Source: Patescibacteria group bacterium
GTDB taxonomy: Bacteria; Patescibacteriota; Patescibacteriia; JBHPGJ01
DNA: 64,000 bases
NCBI GenBank assembly: GCA_042570545.1
Contig: JBHPGJ010000002.1
Location: forward strand, 31,741-95,740
Reading direction: 5' to 3'
The stretch's first letter is position 1. The number at the start of each line of letters is the position of its first letter. Both the position numbers and the translations under genes were made by a program. Under the pieces are notes generated by a model. It ran no database searches. It was not told the origin of the DNA and saw only the letters and a program-made list of their open reading frames with translations. Below, piece by piece: positions 28,310-38,134 of the stretch.

Positions 28310-29179
28310 TTGGCTAATTATCAACAATATCAACAATATCGTCTCCAACGCCAATCATCGCGATCACGGAAATGGCGCTGGGTAATAATAATAGCAATAA
28401 TCATCATTTTTATCTGGTGGCTAAGAAATTCGGTCTCAAATGATACTGAAGAAGCTAATGTTAACACGGCTGATAATACAAATGCAGCAGAAGAAGTTAC
28501 TGATGACAATATCAATACCAATAGCACGCCGGATGTTAATCTGGTCAGCAGCTTTGATCTGGATACTTGTACTAGAAGCATATCGCGTGGCAACAGTGAA
28601 GCGGCCAATATCAATTTAACTTTCAATAGCGTCAGCTCAGCCGGCACAACCGATCAGATCTTAGAGATTTTAACTAACAAAGAAATAAAGGCAGATTTCT
28701 TTGTAACTGGCGTTTGGTTAGAGAATAACGGTGAGCTGGGAAAGCAAATATTGGAAAAAGGCCATGGTATCTATAGTCTGGGCTACGAATATGAAAGCTT
28801 TACTACCAAAACTGATGCGGAGGTTCAATCTGACCTAGAGAAAACCGATGATATCTTTAATAGTGCTTTAGAACAGAGTGCCAAGCCTTTTTTCCGACCA
28901 CCGTTCGGATCAATTAATGATGAAATCTTCACGGCGGTAAAACAATATGGCTACTGTCCGATTGTTTGGACCTTTGACTCTCTTGATTGGAGTGCTGATT
29001 TGTCTAGTGAGGAAGTAAAGCAACGAATATTAGAAAAAGCTACCAACGGCGCGATAATAGTAATGCAAACAAGCAATTCAGTTGTACCGGAAATATTGAA
29101 TGAAGTTATTGATAGTTTGAAAGAAAATAGTCTTAATTTTGTATCTTTAATAGAGCTAGTGAATCAAAGAGGGGAATAA
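28310..29179 (+). CDS. Membrane-anchored polysaccharide deacetylase (NodB/CE4) homolog with degenerate active site
   Basis: ADFFVTG, FFRPPFG, WTFDSLDW and GAIIVM motifs are retained; TFDD reads TFNS and HxxxH is absent. Confidence 0.8.
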   Translation: MANYQQYQQYRLQRQSSRSRKWRWVIIIAIIIIFIWWLRNSVSNDTEEANVNTADNTNAAEEVTDDNINTNSTPDVNLVSSFDLDTCTRSISRGNSEAANINLTFNSVSSAGTTDQILEILTNKEIKADFFVTGVWLENNGELGKQILEKGHGIYSLGYEYESFTTKTDAEVQSDLEKTDDIFNSALEQSAKPFFRPPFGSINDEIFTAVKQYGYCPIVWTFDSLDWSADLSSEEVKQRILEKATNGAIIVMQTSNSVVPEILNEVIDSLKENSLNFVSLIELVNQRGE

Positions 29180-29181
29180 AT

Positions 29182-29210
29182 TTGACATAATAATAACCTA
29201 CTACTACAAT
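29182..29210 (+). promoter_or_regulatory. Sigma70-type promoter for htrA
   Basis: TTGACA (29182-29187), 17 bp spacer, TACAAT (29205-29210). Confidence 0.75.
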
Positions 29211-29240
29211 ATGTAGTAAGTAATTAATTTTCTACAAATT

Positions 29241-30452
29241 ATGGAACTTGATAGTAATAAGCACAATTCACTTGGCAAAACGACAGCGATACTTTTACTG
29301 TTAAGTTTTATCGTTGGTGGCTTAGGCGGTGGTATCGTCAGTGCGCTGATAAATAATGACTCTTGGGACCAATGGTGGGACAAAATCGTTGGCAACAATC
29401 AGGCAAGTTCAAATACTAACCTTGTTAACCAAACTCAAACCATTTCAATTGAGGAAGATTCGGCTACGGTTGAAGTGGTCAAATCTGTACAACCGTCAGT
29501 AGTCAGCGTGATCGGAACCCAAGATTTGTCTGAATTGCAACAAAGCCCGTTTAATTTTTTCTCCTTTGGTAATAACCCACAAGGCGAACAACAAGTATCC
29601 GGAGGAAGTGGATTTATCATCAGGTCTGACGGGTTGGTACTTACTAATAAGCACGTAGTTAGTCGCGAAGGGGTCGATTATTCGGTGGTATTAGACGACG
29701 GTACCAGTTACGAAGCGACAGTATTGGCTCTGGATCCAACTAATGATATTGCCTTTATCGATATTGAAGCGGATAATCTGCCAGCTGTAACATTGGGCGA
29801 TTCGGATGCTTTGGCAGTCGGCCAGACTGTAATTGCAATCGGTAATGTCTTAGGCCGATATGAAAATTCAGTGACCCGCGGAATTATTTCCGGTCTATCT
29901 CGGACCATACAAGCGGGTGGTTCCTCTGGCGCACCGGAAACCTTAGAAGATACCATTCAGACGGATGCGGCAATAAACCAAGGCAACTCGGGTGGACCAC
30001 TTTTAAACATCGCCGGTCAGGTGGTTGGTGTGAACACTGCAATTTCAGCTAGCGGACAGTTAGTTGGCTTTGCTATTCCCATAAATCAGGTAAAATCAGA
30101 TATTGCCAGTATTGAAAACAACGGCAAAATTGTCCGACCATTCCTAGGTATACGTTATCTGCTGATAAATAAACAGATACAAAATGCCAATGAATTATCA
30201 ATTGATCACGGTGCTCTTGTTATCAGAGGCAGCAGCGACGATCAGCTAGCTGTGGTACCAGGCAGTCCAGCTGATATTGCCGGCCTGGTTGAAAATGATA
30301 TAATTTTAGAAATCAGTGGACGTGAAATATCAGAAGATCAAAGTCTAGCGCGTATACTAGCTGAGCACCAGCCGGGAGATGTGGTGTCTATAAAATACAT
30401 TCATGATGGAGTAGAAAAAGTATCTGAGACAACTCTATCAACAAGAGAATAA
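29241..30452 (+). CDS. htrA: HtrA/DegP-family serine protease with PDZ domain
   Basis: GSGFII, LTNKHVV, IQTDAAINQGNSGGPL, C-terminal PDZ. Confidence 0.93.
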   Translation: MELDSNKHNSLGKTTAILLLLSFIVGGLGGGIVSALINNDSWDQWWDKIVGNNQASSNTNLVNQTQTISIEEDSATVEVVKSVQPSVVSVIGTQDLSELQQSPFNFFSFGNNPQGEQQVSGGSGFIIRSDGLVLTNKHVVSREGVDYSVVLDDGTSYEATVLALDPTNDIAFIDIEADNLPAVTLGDSDALAVGQTVIAIGNVLGRYENSVTRGIISGLSRTIQAGGSSGAPETLEDTIQTDAAINQGNSGGPLLNIAGQVVGVNTAISASGQLVGFAIPINQVKSDIASIENNGKIVRPFLGIRYLLINKQIQNANELSIDHGALVIRGSSDDQLAVVPGSPADIAGLVENDIILEISGREISEDQSLARILAEHQPGDVVSIKYIHDGVEKVSETTLSTRE

Positions 30453-31578
30453 ATGATGATCGAAGAACTGCATACAAGAATATCTAAACTGCACCAGAAA
30501 ATTGTGCAGGCACGGGGGTCACTTTGACCTGACCGGCACACAAAAAGAGCTGGTCAAAATTGAAGCCGAAATGAATCAACCGGGTTTTTGGGACGACCGA
30601 AAACACGCTGTTTCAGTATCGGCCGCCGCCGAAGAATTGCGAGAAGAACTAAATATTTGGGACAATATTGAGAAAAGAGTTAACGATGCGTTAGCAATCG
30701 TTAAAGAAGCCATAAAAGAAAAGGATTCTTCACTGGCCGGGGAGATTGAGAAAGATACCATTGAATTAGAAAAAAAATTTGCCAAACTAGAGTTTAAATT
30801 ATTACTTGGGCATCCTTACGATAGCCGCCCAGCCATACTAGCCATTCATGCTGGTACGGGTGGAATAGACGCCCAAGATTGGTCAGAAATGCTGTATCGG
30901 ATGTATCTTCGATTTTGTGAAAAGCGAAGCTGGCAGGTCGAAGTAATTCATCATTCGGCTGGCAATGAAGCTGGTCTCAAGAGTGTCATGATCGCTATCA
31001 ATGGCCGTTATGTATTTGGTAATTTAAAATCCGAAGCCGGGGTACATCGATTGGTTAGAATCTCACCCTTTGATGCCGAAAAAATGCGTCACACTTCTTT
31101 TGCATTAGTTGAAGTGATCCCGGACCTGGGCGATGCACCGCCAGTAGAAATTAACGAAAATGATTTACGAATTGATGTTTTTCGGGCTTCCGGTCATGGT
31201 GGTCAAAGTGTCAATACTACTGATTCAGCTGTTCGTATAGTACATCAGCCAACAGGGATCACGGTATCGTGCCAAAATGAGCGCTCACAGGCGCAAAATA
31301 AAGCCACCGCTTTAAAGATATTAAAATCAAAATTAGCTCAGCTACAAGAGACTGATAGGTTAAATGAAGAGCAAAAATTAAGGGGTGAATATCAATCAGC
31401 CGAATGGGGGAATCAAATAAGATCTTATGTACTCCAGCCATATAAAATGGTCAAGGATCATCGAACCAAGTTTGAAACGGCAAACGTTGACGCAGTTTTG
31501 GACGGCGAGCTGGGTGATTTCATTGAGGCTTACTTAAAGTTACAAGCTGAGAAAAAAAACCACAACCAAGCCGATTAA
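30453..31578 (+). CDS. prfB: Peptide chain release factor 2, programmed +1 frameshift
   Basis: ATG 30453 reads 24 codons to CTT-TGA-C (30522-30528), preceded by GGGGG; the +1 frame carries SPF and GGQ motifs. Confidence 0.95.
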
Positions 31579-31580
31579 TT

Positions 31581-31609
31581 TTGACATTTTAGCGGTGATT
31601 AGTTAAGCT
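31581..31609 (+). promoter_or_regulatory. Putative sigma70 promoter for comEC
   Basis: TTGACA (31581-31586), 17 bp spacer, TAAGCT (31604-31609). Confidence 0.55.
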
Positions 31610-31648
31610 AAAGTCAGATTAATTTTGGTGGTTTGCCATGAGCAAACC

Positions 31649-33142
31649 ATGTTTTTAAATCCCAAAGTTTCACCGGCTAGAATCTTTTTGTGGTCATTGT
31701 TTGGCGTGATTTTGGGTGTAGCATTAGGACCGTATATATATTTCCCAAACGAAATAATCACTTTAGCGGTAATTATTTGTTTGATCACTGTTTGGCTAGT
31801 ACCAACAAGTTACAGGATAATTATATTGCTTATCTTGTGCTTCGGCATTGGAGGGTGGCGTTATTCGATAACTAACAATAATACTGCCAGCACAGCATTT
31901 GATAGCTTGGATAAATATTCTGAAGTTATTGGCACGGTAGTGGCCGAAGAGGACAGGCGAGTCGATCACAATAAATTGACTGTGACGGTGGAAGAAATAA
32001 ATGGGCAGACTAGTCGAGGTAAAATATTAATTAGAGGTCCACTTTATCCGGAGGTTACGTACGGCGACACCATTAAAACCAGCTGCTATATCAGAAAGCC
32101 AGAACCAATTGAAGATTTTCGTTATGATCGTTATCTAGCCCTGTCCGGGATAGAAGCCTTATGCAGCAGTCGTTATATAAATATCATCGAACATGACCAG
32201 GGAAATATAATTTATAGCAGTATCTACAAGCTTAAAAGAAATATTATTGAAAGAATTAACCAACTCTTGCCGGAACCACAAGCCTCGTTTTTGGCTGGCT
32301 TATTAGTTGGTGCTCGGCGAGGGATACCGGCTGATCTGCAAGAGGCCTTTAACCGGACGGGCACCACTCATATTATTGCTATCTCAGGTTACAACATCAC
32401 CATAATTGCCACCATTTTACTGGCCATGTTTAAATCGATAATCGGACGTAAAAAGGCCTTTTGGGTTATTATTTTTGCTTTAGGTATTTTTGTTATATTA
32501 ACGGGCGCCCAGGCGTCGGTCATGCGAGCAGCCATCATGGGAGTCTTAGTTTTACTGGCCCGTCAATTGGGCCGACAAAGCCGAATAACCAATGCTTTGA
32601 TATTAGCCGGAGTATTGATGGTCATGATAAATCCGCTTGTGCTGAGGGATGATAAAGGATTCCAACTTTCTTTTTTAGCAACTTTGGGTCTGGTCTATCT
32701 GTCACCACGAATTGAAAAATATTTTCGCTGGGTACCAGCCAATTTTGGCTTACGAGAAAGTGTAACGGCCACTCTATCAGCTACCGTGGCTACCCTGCCG
32801 TTGATTGTTATGACTTTTGGGCGACTGGCCGTAGTATCTCCCTTGGCCAATGTATTAATATTATCAGTTATACCAATTACCATGGCTATTGGTTTTATGG
32901 CGGTAATAATCTCGCTGATATTCTTGCCTTTAGGATATCTTTTGGCTTGGCTGGCCTGGTTGTTTCTAACTTATATCGTAATCGTGGTGAAGTGGCTATC
33001 TCAATTGAGCTGGAGCGCCATAGACATTCCATCATTGCATTGGTTGTTGGTATTGGCTCTTTTCATATTATTGGCCCGTCTGGTACTGCCGGCGATGGAC
33101 ATTATAAGACCGGCAAAAAAAGGATTTCGTTATGAAAACTAA
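31649..33142 (+). CDS. comEC: ComEC/Rec2 competence channel (membrane part)
   Basis: ORF 31625..33142, likely ATG 31649. GTTHIIAISGYNI, SVMRAAIM, GFQLSFLAT. Confidence 0.92.
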   Translation: MFLNPKVSPARIFLWSLFGVILGVALGPYIYFPNEIITLAVIICLITVWLVPTSYRIIILLILCFGIGGWRYSITNNNTASTAFDSLDKYSEVIGTVVAEEDRRVDHNKLTVTVEEINGQTSRGKILIRGPLYPEVTYGDTIKTSCYIRKPEPIEDFRYDRYLALSGIEALCSSRYINIIEHDQGNIIYSSIYKLKRNIIERINQLLPEPQASFLAGLLVGARRGIPADLQEAFNRTGTTHIIAISGYNITIIATILLAMFKSIIGRKKAFWVIIFALGIFVILTGAQASVMRAAIMGVLVLLARQLGRQSRITNALILAGVLMVMINPLVLRDDKGFQLSFLATLGLVYLSPRIEKYFRWVPANFGLRESVTATLSATVATLPLIVMTFGRLAVVSPLANVLILSVIPITMAIGFMAVIISLIFLPLGYLLAWLAWLFLTYIVIVVKWLSQLSWSAIDIPSLHWLLVLALFILLARLVLPAMDIIRPAKKGFRYEN

Positions 33143-33998
33143 GATTAACAGATCACTGCTAAGTATATTGGGAATTATATTTATTATGGCAGTGTTATTA
33201 GTGATCACGTTTACCGGGCAGGCAGATAATCTGAAAGTTGTTTTCCTTGATGTTGGACAGGGAGATGCTATCTATATTAGAACTCCGCAGGCTCAAGATA
33301 TATTGATAGACGGCGGGCCCGGCTCTTATGCGGCTGAACAGATCGGACAGCATATGCCTTTTTATGACCGCGATATTGAATTGGTTATATTAAGTCATGG
33401 GCACTCAGATCATGTATCCGGACTGGTAGAGATTCTTAAGCGCTATCAGGTGAAGCAAATTATCTACTCCGGGCAAGTAAATCACTCGGCGCCTGACTAC
33501 CAGCGGTTTCTTGAGCTGACAGATGAGAAAAATATTCCTTTAAATTCAGTTACTCATGGCCAGCAAATAAAACTTAGCTCTGATATCAGACTGGATATTT
33601 TATATCCCAACCAGGATTATACCGGAAAAACTTTGGATGATCTAAATGAAACATCAGTGATTGCACGGTTGAATTATGGTCAAAATGTATTTCTGTTTAC
33701 CGGTGATGCCGGACAAGAGATTGAAGAACAATTATTAGCTTTAGAACTAAATCTAGCCTCAGAAGTGTTAAAAATTGGACACCATGGCAGTAAATATTCG
33801 TCATCCCGGGCTTTTATTGAAGCCGTCAGCCCTGATTATGCTGTTATTCAATCAGGCGAGGATAATAGTTTTGATCACCCGCATGAAGAAACGCTGGACG
33901 TACTTAATAAGCTGAATATAAAGACATTGAGAAATGATCAGCTCGGGGATATCGTCTGTACTGGTAATGGTGTTGAAATAGATTGCCAGGACTCTTGA
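33132..33998 (+). CDS. ComEC-type metallo-beta-lactamase fold protein (stand-alone)
   Basis: FLDVGQGDA, LIDGG, SHGHSDHVSG, LFTGD, LKIGHHGS, HPH; has its own N-terminal TM. Confidence 0.9.
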   Translation: MKTKINRSLLSILGIIFIMAVLLVITFTGQADNLKVVFLDVGQGDAIYIRTPQAQDILIDGGPGSYAAEQIGQHMPFYDRDIELVILSHGHSDHVSGLVEILKRYQVKQIIYSGQVNHSAPDYQRFLELTDEKNIPLNSVTHGQQIKLSSDIRLDILYPNQDYTGKTLDDLNETSVIARLNYGQNVFLFTGDAGQEIEEQLLALELNLASEVLKIGHHGSKYSSSRAFIEAVSPDYAVIQSGEDNSFDHPHEETLDVLNKLNIKTLRNDQLGDIVCTGNGVEIDCQDS

Positions 33999-34023
33999 CA
34001 TTTCTTAGTTTTTGTGTTAGTTT
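33995..34023 (+). promoter_or_regulatory. Putative sigma70 promoter for the SPFH cassette
   Basis: TTGACA (33995-34000), 17 bp spacer, TAGTTT with extended TG. Confidence 0.5.
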
Positions 34024-34160
34024 TAGCGGTCAAATTTGTCGTTTGACAAACGTGATATAGCTGCGCGGAAACGCTCAGCTTTTCACCATAAATGACAGGA
34101 AAAGAATCAATCGGATAGGTCTGTAGTTTTCGGAAACAACTCCTACGAAAGGGGAATATC

Positions 34161-35504
34161 ATGTTTTTGATCACCCTACTCATACTGACGGCCGCAATGA
34201 CGGTCGCTATGGTGTATGGTACGCGTTTTGTGCTTCGTTTGGGTGGCGTCAGCTTCACTGAGTTGCTTTCGCCTTTCGATAACGAAGACAACCTCGACTG
34301 GTACCTGGTTGGTATCATTCTGATGATCGCCGTAGCGGTAATAGCGGCGTTGTTGATACTGATTCTGTCAGTTTTCAACATCCTGTACAGCGTCATGGGC
34401 ATCATCTTGCTCTGCGCGCTGGTGCTGCCTAACCGAGACAGGTTCTACGTCGCGGTGCCGCCCAACCACGCTGCCTTTATCATGGCCTTCAAGGGCTTGG
34501 TAAAGGTAGCTATCACGCCACGCAACTCAACACAGCCTGGTTTTTATCTGATTGGGTTGTGGCCGCTGTGGCATCTTCATACCTTCGTCATGGAGGATGT
34601 GGAGATAACCAATAGGAACACACCACAGATGGACACGGTATTCAGACGCAAAAAGCAGACTCTGCTGTTCTTGGGAGAGCAAGTAGCCGAGTTTTCTTCC
34701 GGCATCTTGAATACCGGCGACCCCGTTCAAGTGAAGTTGCTGTATGCAATTCACTTTACGATCGACGATGGACGTTCCAGAAAGCCTTTAGAACCCGTCG
34801 ACGGTAGCGAGCCCAAAGAGATTCTGGATCCCTCCAGAAATGTGCATGTTACTGGTGACAGACTCGAGGAGAATGCTCGTCGAGCCGTCTTCAACGTGGA
34901 GAACTTCTATGGCTCCATGCGGGATCTAACCGACATGAGCCTTCGTCCGATCTGCGCCAGAAAGGGATACGAAGATCTTATCACCAAAGATACGACATTC
35001 CTTTCGGAAGAGGGCGACATTCGAAATGATCTTCAGAAGCGCACGGATGCCTGGGGCGTTTTCTTTTTCCAGGTTGGTGTCCAGGAGATCGTCCCGATGG
35101 ATGATGAGGTCACCAAGGCTCTGACCGAAAAGCTGAAAGCCAAGAAGGAGATGGAAGCGATCAAACAGCGAGCCGAGGGTGAGGCCTACCGCGTAGATCA
35201 GGTGTACGGTATTATCCGTAAGCACGGGGGCACTGACATCAAGCAGCTCGAAGTGCTGGAGAAAATGTCTACCTCCGACAACAAGGTCTTCTTCTCACTG
35301 CCTGAGCTGGCACACGCCCTCAGTGGTTTCGGTACTTTTGCCGAAGGTGCTAAGGGTCAGAAGATGGACTGGGCGGATATCCTGCACAAGGCCTTCCACC
35401 TGCCCAAGGACTTGGCTAAGAAGATCGCTGAAGAGATCGAAACGACGGCCAAGGCCGGTGAAACCAAAAAGACAGTCAAAGACGAGGGAGAGCCGACGTC
35501 GTAA
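34161..35504 (+). CDS. SPFH/band 7 domain membrane protein
   Basis: N-terminal TMs; PGFYLI, TGDPVQV, AVFNVENF, WGV...VQEIVP, coiled coil ending RAEGEA; SD AAAGGGGA. Confidence 0.75.
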   Translation: MFLITLLILTAAMTVAMVYGTRFVLRLGGVSFTELLSPFDNEDNLDWYLVGIILMIAVAVIAALLILILSVFNILYSVMGIILLCALVLPNRDRFYVAVPPNHAAFIMAFKGLVKVAITPRNSTQPGFYLIGLWPLWHLHTFVMEDVEITNRNTPQMDTVFRRKKQTLLFLGEQVAEFSSGILNTGDPVQVKLLYAIHFTIDDGRSRKPLEPVDGSEPKEILDPSRNVHVTGDRLEENARRAVFNVENFYGSMRDLTDMSLRPICARKGYEDLITKDTTFLSEEGDIRNDLQKRTDAWGVFFFQVGVQEIVPMDDEVTKALTEKLKAKKEMEAIKQRAEGEAYRVDQVYGIIRKHGGTDIKQLEVLEKMSTSDNKVFFSLPELAHALSGFGTFAEGAKGQKMDWADILHKAFHLPKDLAKKIAEEIETTAKAGETKKTVKDEGEPTS

Positions 35505-35537
35505 ATGACGCTGGGACCCTGAAAGGAGCTGAAAAAG

Positions 35538-36893
35538 ATGATAGACCTTATCATTTTGCTAGCGGCCATTACTAGCGTTCCCTTCTTGATGAAGAAGGCG
35601 CTAAAGCCGAAACCGGTCGAAGACGAAGAGACCACGGTAGAGCCGGAATTCAAACTTCCGCTGTGGGTCAAACTGACGACTGCTGGTATGTACGTCATCG
35701 CCCTGATGCAGCAGTACAAGATCATCAAGAAGCATGGCGTGAGCTGGTTCTCAGCCGACCATGTGGTGACCGGACTACTAGTGCTTGGCATCATCTTGAC
35801 CGTTTTGACGGTGGTTCTTCACCAGGTCAAGCTGCAAGCACAGCGTAGCGGCAAGATCGAGGTCAAACGCGGACTGGCTACCGGTCGTCCGGGCATGTTG
35901 AGAGTCGGCGTCTACGCCGCTTTCATCTGGGCGCCACTGGCCCTGTATGTGTTACTGCCAACGGTAGCCCTGAACCAGTTCTTACACTGGTTGTCGGATA
36001 TCGGCTGGGCTGGTCAAGGTATGCTGTTTATGGTCCTGACGTTCATCTACAGCCTGGTATACAGAAAAGCAACAGGCGAGTCGACGGGACCGCTAGTTGG
36101 TGCCATGACCTTTCTGTACTTCTTCCTGCTGATCATTGGCTTCAATCCGACAGAGCTGATGGCGGCGACTACGGAGTTCACACCGGAGCACGTTACCTGG
36201 ATGACCCACCATGGCTGGGGTTGGTGGTTTCTGATCACATTGTCGATCAGTGCCATCTTCTTTCTCTGGTATGGTAAGCGCAAAAAGTGGCATTGGGGCT
36301 ACACCTTTCTCGGTGCTCTGCCTATCTGCCTGGTGCTATTGGGTGGGACCTACGCTCTGAAGATCTTCCCACCTGGTCATCTGCCCAATCACTACACCAA
36401 AGGACAAACGGTGCTGGATAGTCTGCCGCCTGAACTACCTGACGGCGAGGACCGGCTGTTGCGGGTGACCACCTACAACGACCAGAACTACGGTCTGGCC
36501 AAAGCAGGGGATGTACTCAAGTTTGGCGACAGATTTGAGGGCTTTGCCAGGGTATTTACCCACGAGTCTAAAGGCTTAAGGCCTGACGACTGGGAGGTGG
36601 TATCACTGGCCAGCCCGACGCCACTGCCTAAAGACCTGGGCTTTGAAGCCTATCGTTGGCCCTGTCCCAACGACCCGGTCTGTTGGCCGGTGCTGATGGT
36701 CAAGCGTCTGTCCAAAGGGATGAGTCGCAATGACCAAACTCAGTATGAGGCGGTTTGGCCGGGCAAGGTGGTCCGGATCGAGTACGACGGTGAGCTTATA
36801 CTCAGTACCAATAAGCCCGAACCGTTCACTTGGATCTGGAAAGTTCGTTCCTGCTGGATCTTTGACATGAAGCACTATCGTGTAACTGCCTGA
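35538..36893 (+). CDS. Hypothetical multi-pass membrane protein with soluble C-terminal domain
   Basis: 451 aa ORF with ~8 hydrophobic segments, SD GAAAGGAG and a downstream terminator. Confidence 0.7.
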   Translation: MIDLIILLAAITSVPFLMKKALKPKPVEDEETTVEPEFKLPLWVKLTTAGMYVIALMQQYKIIKKHGVSWFSADHVVTGLLVLGIILTVLTVVLHQVKLQAQRSGKIEVKRGLATGRPGMLRVGVYAAFIWAPLALYVLLPTVALNQFLHWLSDIGWAGQGMLFMVLTFIYSLVYRKATGESTGPLVGAMTFLYFFLLIIGFNPTELMAATTEFTPEHVTWMTHHGWGWWFLITLSISAIFFLWYGKRKKWHWGYTFLGALPICLVLLGGTYALKIFPPGHLPNHYTKGQTVLDSLPPELPDGEDRLLRVTTYNDQNYGLAKAGDVLKFGDRFEGFARVFTHESKGLRPDDWEVVSLASPTPLPKDLGFEAYRWPCPNDPVCWPVLMVKRLSKGMSRNDQTQYEAVWPGKVVRIEYDGELILSTNKPEPFTWIWKVRSCWIFDMKHYRVTA

Positions 36894-36912
36894 GATCTAG
36901 CGAAGTTTCGAT

Positions 36913-36950
36913 GGGGTCATGATGCGCAAGCGTCGTGACCCCTTTATTTT
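36913..36950 (+). terminator. Intrinsic terminator
   Basis: GGGGTCATGATGC-GCAA-GCGTCGTGACCCC followed by TTTATTTT. Confidence 0.85.
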
Positions 36951-37034
36951 ACTTAAATTTTTTCAATCATAAACGGTTTTAGCCAAACTATATAAACAAA
37001 CTACCAGTATCGATATGATGTTGGTTGTTGTTAG

Positions 37035-37112
37035 TGGCGGACCCGACCGGATTCGAACCGGCGATCTTCTCCGTGACAGGGAGACGTGTTAACCGGGCTA
37101 CACTACGGGTCC
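37035..37112 (-). tRNA. tRNA-Asp(GTC)
   Basis: Reverse complement GGACCCG...TCTCC-CTGTCAC-GGAGA...GGTTCGAATCC...CGGGTCC-G-CCA. Confidence 0.95.
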
Positions 37113-37170
37113 CAAATAAATAAGGCCACAGTTAATAATTCAGATGATATACTAGCATTGCTTTGCTAAA

Positions 37171-37578
37171 ATGTCTAGTATGAAAATGCTTAGAAAAATA
37201 CTGATCTATTGGCTACCGCCGATTCTATGGGCAGTGATAATATATAAAATATCATCGGTTCCTAATTTAAAAAGCGGTTTGGTTGATGCAATAGATTTAA
37301 TTTTGCGAAAGCTGGCCCATTTTGCCGAATACGGGCTTCTGTCAATATTAGTTTATCGAGCCTTCAGCCTAAATAGACCCAACCGCAAGTCAATAATCTT
37401 GATTGCCTGGATTGTTGCCAGCTTATACGCGATTACTGATGAATGGCATCAAACATTTGTGATCGGACGCCAAGGCAGCGCTGTTGACGTTATGATAGAT
37501 AGCGCTGGTGCCTTATTCGGTGTATTGATTTGGTATTTATTTTGGCAACACAAAAAGATCAAAAATCAAAAAACCTGA
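37171..37578 (+). CDS. VanZ family membrane protein
   Basis: RKLAHFAEYGLL, YAITDEWHQTFVIGRQGSAVDVMID. Confidence 0.9.
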   Translation: MSSMKMLRKILIYWLPPILWAVIIYKISSVPNLKSGLVDAIDLILRKLAHFAEYGLLSILVYRAFSLNRPNRKSIILIAWIVASLYAITDEWHQTFVIGRQGSAVDVMIDSAGALFGVLIWYLFWQHKKIKNQKT

Positions 37579-37584
37579 GCGGTA

Positions 37585-37932
37585 TTATTTTGCTTTGACT
37601 TTGGCAACAACCGCGGTGAACGTCTGGGGTTCGTTAGCTGCCAGCTCAGCAAGCGTTTTACGGTCCAGCTCAATCTTTTGTTTTTTCAAGGCGTCAATTA
37701 ACTGGGAATAAGTAAGTCCGTTTATCCGGGCTCCAGCATTGATATTAATATTCCATAAACGACGGCGATCTCTTTTTTTACGTCGCCGATCCACATAAGC
37801 ATGAGCACCAGCTTTTAAAACAGCTGTCTTGGCTAGCTTGGTCTTATTTTTACGACCCCACTTAAATCCTTTAGTATGGGCTAGCAGTCTTTTACGCTTG
37901 GTCGTTCTTAAATTACCCCTTGTTACTCGCAT
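37585..37932 (-). CDS. rplT: 50S ribosomal protein bL20
   Basis: MRVTRG, AYVDRRRKKRDRRRLW, LDRKTLAELA. Confidence 0.96.
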   Translation of the reverse strand: MRVTRGNLRTTKRKRLLAHTKGFKWGRKNKTKLAKTAVLKAGAHAYVDRRRKKRDRRRLWNININAGARINGLTYSQLIDALKKQKIELDRKTLAELAANEPQTFTAVVAKVKAK

Positions 37933-37938
37933 GATTAG

Positions 37939-38133
37939 TTAGATATGGATTACTTTTTTAATTGCTTTGTGTTCGCTTTTTGAAACCTGTTGATCACGTC
38001 TTTTTCTGGTGGTTAGCTTGCCCGATTGGCGGGAATTAAAATGATCCTGTCCGCCGTGGCGAATTAATAACTTTTTCTTACCCGTAATTTTAAAGCGTTT
38101 ACTGGTTGCCTTATTGGTTTTTAATTTGGCCAT
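37939..38133 (-). CDS. rpmI: 50S ribosomal protein bL35
   Basis: MAKLKTNKATSKRFKITG; infC-rpmI-rplT order. Confidence 0.93.
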   Translation of the reverse strand: MAKLKTNKATSKRFKITGKKKLLIRHGGQDHFNSRQSGKLTTRKRRDQQVSKSEHKAIKKVIHI

Positions 38134-38134
38134 A

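Noticed and set aside
30453-31578. prfB as a pseudogene or sequencing frameshift
   Set aside because: The break sits exactly at the canonical CTT-TGA-C programmed frameshift site.
31649-33998. Split comEC as a broken gene
   Set aside because: The MBL part has its own start and N-terminal TM; the two-gene arrangement is a known natural variant.
33938-34405. 155 aa minus-strand ORF
   Set aside because: It is antisense to the SPFH and MBL genes, which have motif support.
33995-37112. Integrative element or prophage at tRNA-Asp
   Set aside because: I found no integrase and no duplicated tRNA 3' end at the left boundary; kept only as a compositional islet.
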